A stretch of DNA of 64,000 bases from assembly GCF_006345805.1 (NCBI RefSeq), contig NC_043016.1, positions 32,612,001-32,676,000 of the forward strand, given 5' to 3'. A program made the position numbers and the translations under genes. Origin of the DNA: Octopus sinensis (taxonomy: Eukaryota). The notes beneath the pieces are model-generated. The model worked only from the letters and a program-made list of their open reading frames with translations, was not told where the DNA came from and did no database searches. Below, in pieces: positions 60,627 to 64,000 of this stretch (the stretch's first letter is position 1; every line of letters starts with the position of its first letter).

Positions 60627-60800
60627 AGGCGGCGAGCTGGCAGAAACGTTAGCACGACGGGCAAAATGCTTAGCGGTATTTCGTCTGCGTTACGTTGTGA
60701 GTTCAAATTCCGCCGAGGTCGACTTTGCCTTTCATCCTTTCGGGGTCGATAAATTAAGTACCAGTTATGCACTGGGGTCGATGTAATCGACTTAATACCT
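60627..60800 (+). mobile_element. tRNA-derived SINE family 1; other copies near 39370-39590, 40008-40240, 40480-40815, 43865-44030, 46285-46465, 47595-47750, 56975-57180 (all -) and 59145-59350, 59775-59940 (+)
   Basis: A-box-like TGGCAGAAACGTTAG, B-box GAGTTCAAATTCC and shared GACTTTGCCTTTCATCCTTTC. Confidence 0.85.
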
Positions 60801-62656
60801 ATAATAATAATAATAATAAACATTGTGTACAGTGCTCAGGTGCACCACAACTCATCGAAAGTGTATATATAATCAGGTGTAGTTTCGACGGATTTCGGAA
60901 AGCATGAGGGCCTTAAAGGATGCAGTGTCATGGCAGTCAACAACTGACGCAGGCAGTTTATTCCATGCTTCAGCAACTCTGTCTGTCCTTGTTTGTCCCC
61001 TCTGTGTTTAGCCCCTTGTGGGTAATAAAGAAATAGGTAATGATGACACTGATAATAATGATGTCAATGATAATGATGATAATGGTGATGATGATGACAA
61101 TAATGATGATGTTCCTGATGATAATAACGACTGATGATGCTGATGACGGCGACAATGTTGATGATGATAACAAGGATGATGATAATGATAACGATAATGA
61201 TGAGGAGGAGGAGGAGGACAATGCTGCTACCGCTGACGATGATGATGACAAAGATGGCAGTAGTGGTAGTGGAGTCATTAATTAGATTTTCATTCCTTAC
61301 CTCATTTATATACATATGACGGTTCTGACATGGCCAATAAATTCTTTGGAAATGGCAAATCTAAGTAATTTGCATTCCTTTTCCTGATATTGACAGAGTA
61401 TTTCACTCTCATTTATATACATAGAATGTAAATATTTAAGTCTGCAAAAATTCAAAAAATTCTTAAGCATGATTCCAGTATCCTTATTTATTTCAACTGA
61501 TCAAATTTTAAAAAAAATCTGGGACAACATTATCCCTAATTTAGTAATCTATTTTCTAAACTACCAAATTTGTCACCCTCCCTGCGCTCTCTCTTTGAAT
61601 CTGTCTATATTTTACATTCTTTTAATTTTGCCATAGTTGGTACTCCAAAGCAATACTGCCCCAAGCAAGAACTACTTTGGAGTTCTTCATTTCTAATCTA
61701 AGAAACATCCGTCATACTTCCTCATTCTTCATTCCAACAGCAGCACCACCATCACCACAGTCTTCTCCTCCCCCTCCATTCTGTACACAGCTGTCACAGC
61801 CACCTGGGGTTCCGTATACAGTTTATGACCCCCAATGTGAAAACAAACTAATTCAATCATTTAGTTTTTTTTTTTTTTATTTACATGAGGTAATGGTGGT
61901 GGTGTTTCCAATTCCGAATCTGTATTCCATTGGGTTGGCAGGCATAGTTTCTCCAAGAGTTTGCAAGATTTAAAACTTTTGCAGCAATAACAGCAGACAA
62001 GGTTAGCCTCTACAGTTATTCAACCTGCTAGAAACAACAGTCAACTCTCTTCAAATAACATTCCACCATCTTGAAATAAGGAATGGAATGGACACATAGA
62101 ATAACATAGCCTTATATATCCCTACAAAGATGGGATGGTCACATTTGGAATGCCTTTGATGTAATGCCTCCTACAAATGTGTACCCTAAGGTTCAAGAAT
62201 TCAACAAAACTGACACTCCATCTGCTACAAGTGTTTCAGTTAATCTGATCAACAGATATGATTATACCTGTAAAGGGAACTGGTTGCTTCTTTACACTTT
62301 TGGGGTGCAACTTGGGTGCAACACAATTTCCTTTCTTTTTGTTTATAGAAACTACCAGTCAGGAACGAAACGCAAGTTTAAAAATATATATAATTCTTTA
62401 TTTTCTTTGGTTCAACAATGAAACACGATGATATGCTGATATCCACCTAGTTCAACGCAACAAGGCTGAATTCAAACGTTTGTAAGCTTTACAACAATTC
62501 AGCAGCAGTAGAACAGGTTAAATCCTAAGCGTCTGGGACAGGAGAATAGGCTGATCACAGGTTTCAAAATATACGTCCTTTCTCTTCTATCGCCGTGTCT
62601 CAAGTCCCCGATGCTATTAAGGAACGCTATGGAATTTATTCTTCAGTCTCTAGCGC

Positions 62657-63846
62657 ATGTGCATGAGGGAACTTCCTTATGCCTTTCTAGAAGGTTCCAG
62701 AAGGTTCCAACCCCGCACACGCACACTGAAGAAGGACGTTCCGCACAGGTACACTGAAGAATGACGTTGCGTGTGCGCACACTGGAACATGACGTCACTA
62801 CAAAGGTGACATTCCACACATGCACACTGAAGAATGACGTTGCGTGTGCACACACTGGAATATGACGTCACTACATACCCTTAAATAAGTTCTCAGGGAG
62901 ACTCAGCATGACACAGAATGTGAAAAGGTTGGCCCTTTTCAATTACAGGTACAACTCATTTTTGCCAGCTAAGTGGTCTGGAGCAACCAAAAATAAAGTG
63001 TCTTGCTCAAGGGCACAATTAGCCACTGGGAATCAAACTCATGAGCTTATGGTCTTGTGTTGAATACCCTAATCTAGTGTATTCTCACCCTTTTTATCCT
63101 TGTGTAACCCTTAAAATAAATTACATCTCTCAAGGAACCACTGCACAAAAAATTATATACAATATCTTTCTCATATTTTTCATCATAGTTCACATTGTAA
63201 ATATATATGTGTGTGTGTATAAATATATGTGTGTGTGTATATATATATAATAAAATATTAGGGAGTAAATCCAAACTTACAGGGAAAAATCAGATTTAGG
63301 ATTGAATCCAATTTTATAGTAAAATATTATATTATATTAAATTAGAGATAAAACCACTATTAGGCAAATCATACAATGAAAAACTTAAGCCAATACATAA
63401 GATTAATTAATTTATATTATTTAAATATATATCAAAATTATTAAAAAAGATAATTAATATAACACTACAATCGTTTCATGGCTGTTCAATTCTTAAAATT
63501 TTCGAGTTACAGTCATTCTTCAGGTGGTTTAAATATTTAACTTGGCGAGGTTTAATCAATGTATGATTTGCCTAATAGTGGTTTTATCTCTAATTTAATA
63601 TAATATATATATATAATATATTTCTTATTTAAGGGTATGTAGTGATGTCATGTTCCAGTGTGCGCACACGCAATGTCATTCTTCAGTGTGCGTGTGCAGA
63701 ACGTCACCTTTGTAGTGACGTCATGTTCCAGTGTGCGCACACGCAACGTCATTCTTCAGTGTGCGTGTGCGCAACGTCCTTCTTCAGTGTGTGTGTGCGG
63801 GGTTGGAACCTTCTGGAAAGGCATAAGGAAGTTCCCTCATGCACAT
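62657..63846. repeat. Long inverted repeat (~230 bp modular arms) enclosing a second inverted repeat (63329-63393 / 63542-63606)
   Basis: 62657-62889 is the reverse complement of 63624-63846. The arms are built from sub-repeats containing CACTGAAGAA.GACGT and TGACGTCACTACA. Confidence 0.88.
63461..63529 (-). ncRNA. Type I hammerhead ribozyme motif (intact core)
   Basis: Stem I AACCAC/GUGUU (one mismatch); CUGAAGA; stem II AUGACUGU/ACAGCCAU (7 of 8 paired); GAAA; stem III AC-GAUU-GU; GUA triplet. Confidence 0.78.
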
Positions 63847-64000
63847 ATAATAATATAATATATATATATATATAACATAAAAGCAACATCCGTTCGTGTC
63901 CATTGCCAGCCTCGCGTGGCCCCCGTGCCGGTGACACGTAAAAGCACCATCCGTTCGTGGCCGATTGCCAGCTCTGTCTGGCCCCCGTGTCGGTGGCACG

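Noticed and set aside
57937-60800. tRNA genes suggested by A/B boxes
   Set aside because: They continue into multi-copy SINE bodies, and I could not form a full cloverleaf.
61677-61973. 98-aa Pro-rich ORF
   Set aside because: Low complexity, no recognisable motif and no splice context.
62700-62875. CRISPR-like periodic repeats
   Set aside because: Eukaryotic context, no unique spacers of constant length and no cas genes; these are sub-repeats of an inverted repeat.
57518-64000. Upstream Jagged exons (EGF1 start, DSL, C2)
   Set aside because: No matching Cys pattern was found; they presumably lie beyond the right edge.

Overview
AT-rich, microsatellite-rich eukaryotic DNA; the repeat families and (TA)n/(GAT)n density suggest an octopod cephalopod (inference). 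Positions 1-30 kb are almost entirely transposable elements: Tx1-like remnants, three same-orientation copies of one CR1/L2-group LINE (one nearly intact, with CCCH zinc fingers upstream), a decayed mariner, a second CR1/L2-group LINE, a Helitron-like composite and Penelope-like (PLE) elements. Positions 30.5-57.5 kb carry 17 hand-mapped minus-strand exons of a Jagged/Serrate Notch ligand, all with GT-AG boundaries and exon sizes matching human JAG1 as I recall them. The gene looks damaged in this sequence: two exons are each 2 nt short, one EGF Cys is Ser, the EGF3 exon cannot be found, and no transmembrane exon lies in the 30 kb downstream. This means either a decaying or altered copy, or assembly error. 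Three complete type I hammerhead ribozyme motifs lie on the minus (Jagged-sense) strand in PLE-like remnants, one inside the intron that lacks EGF3. Many long hairpins (50-560 bp arms) also occur. All assignments are by eye, with no database searches.
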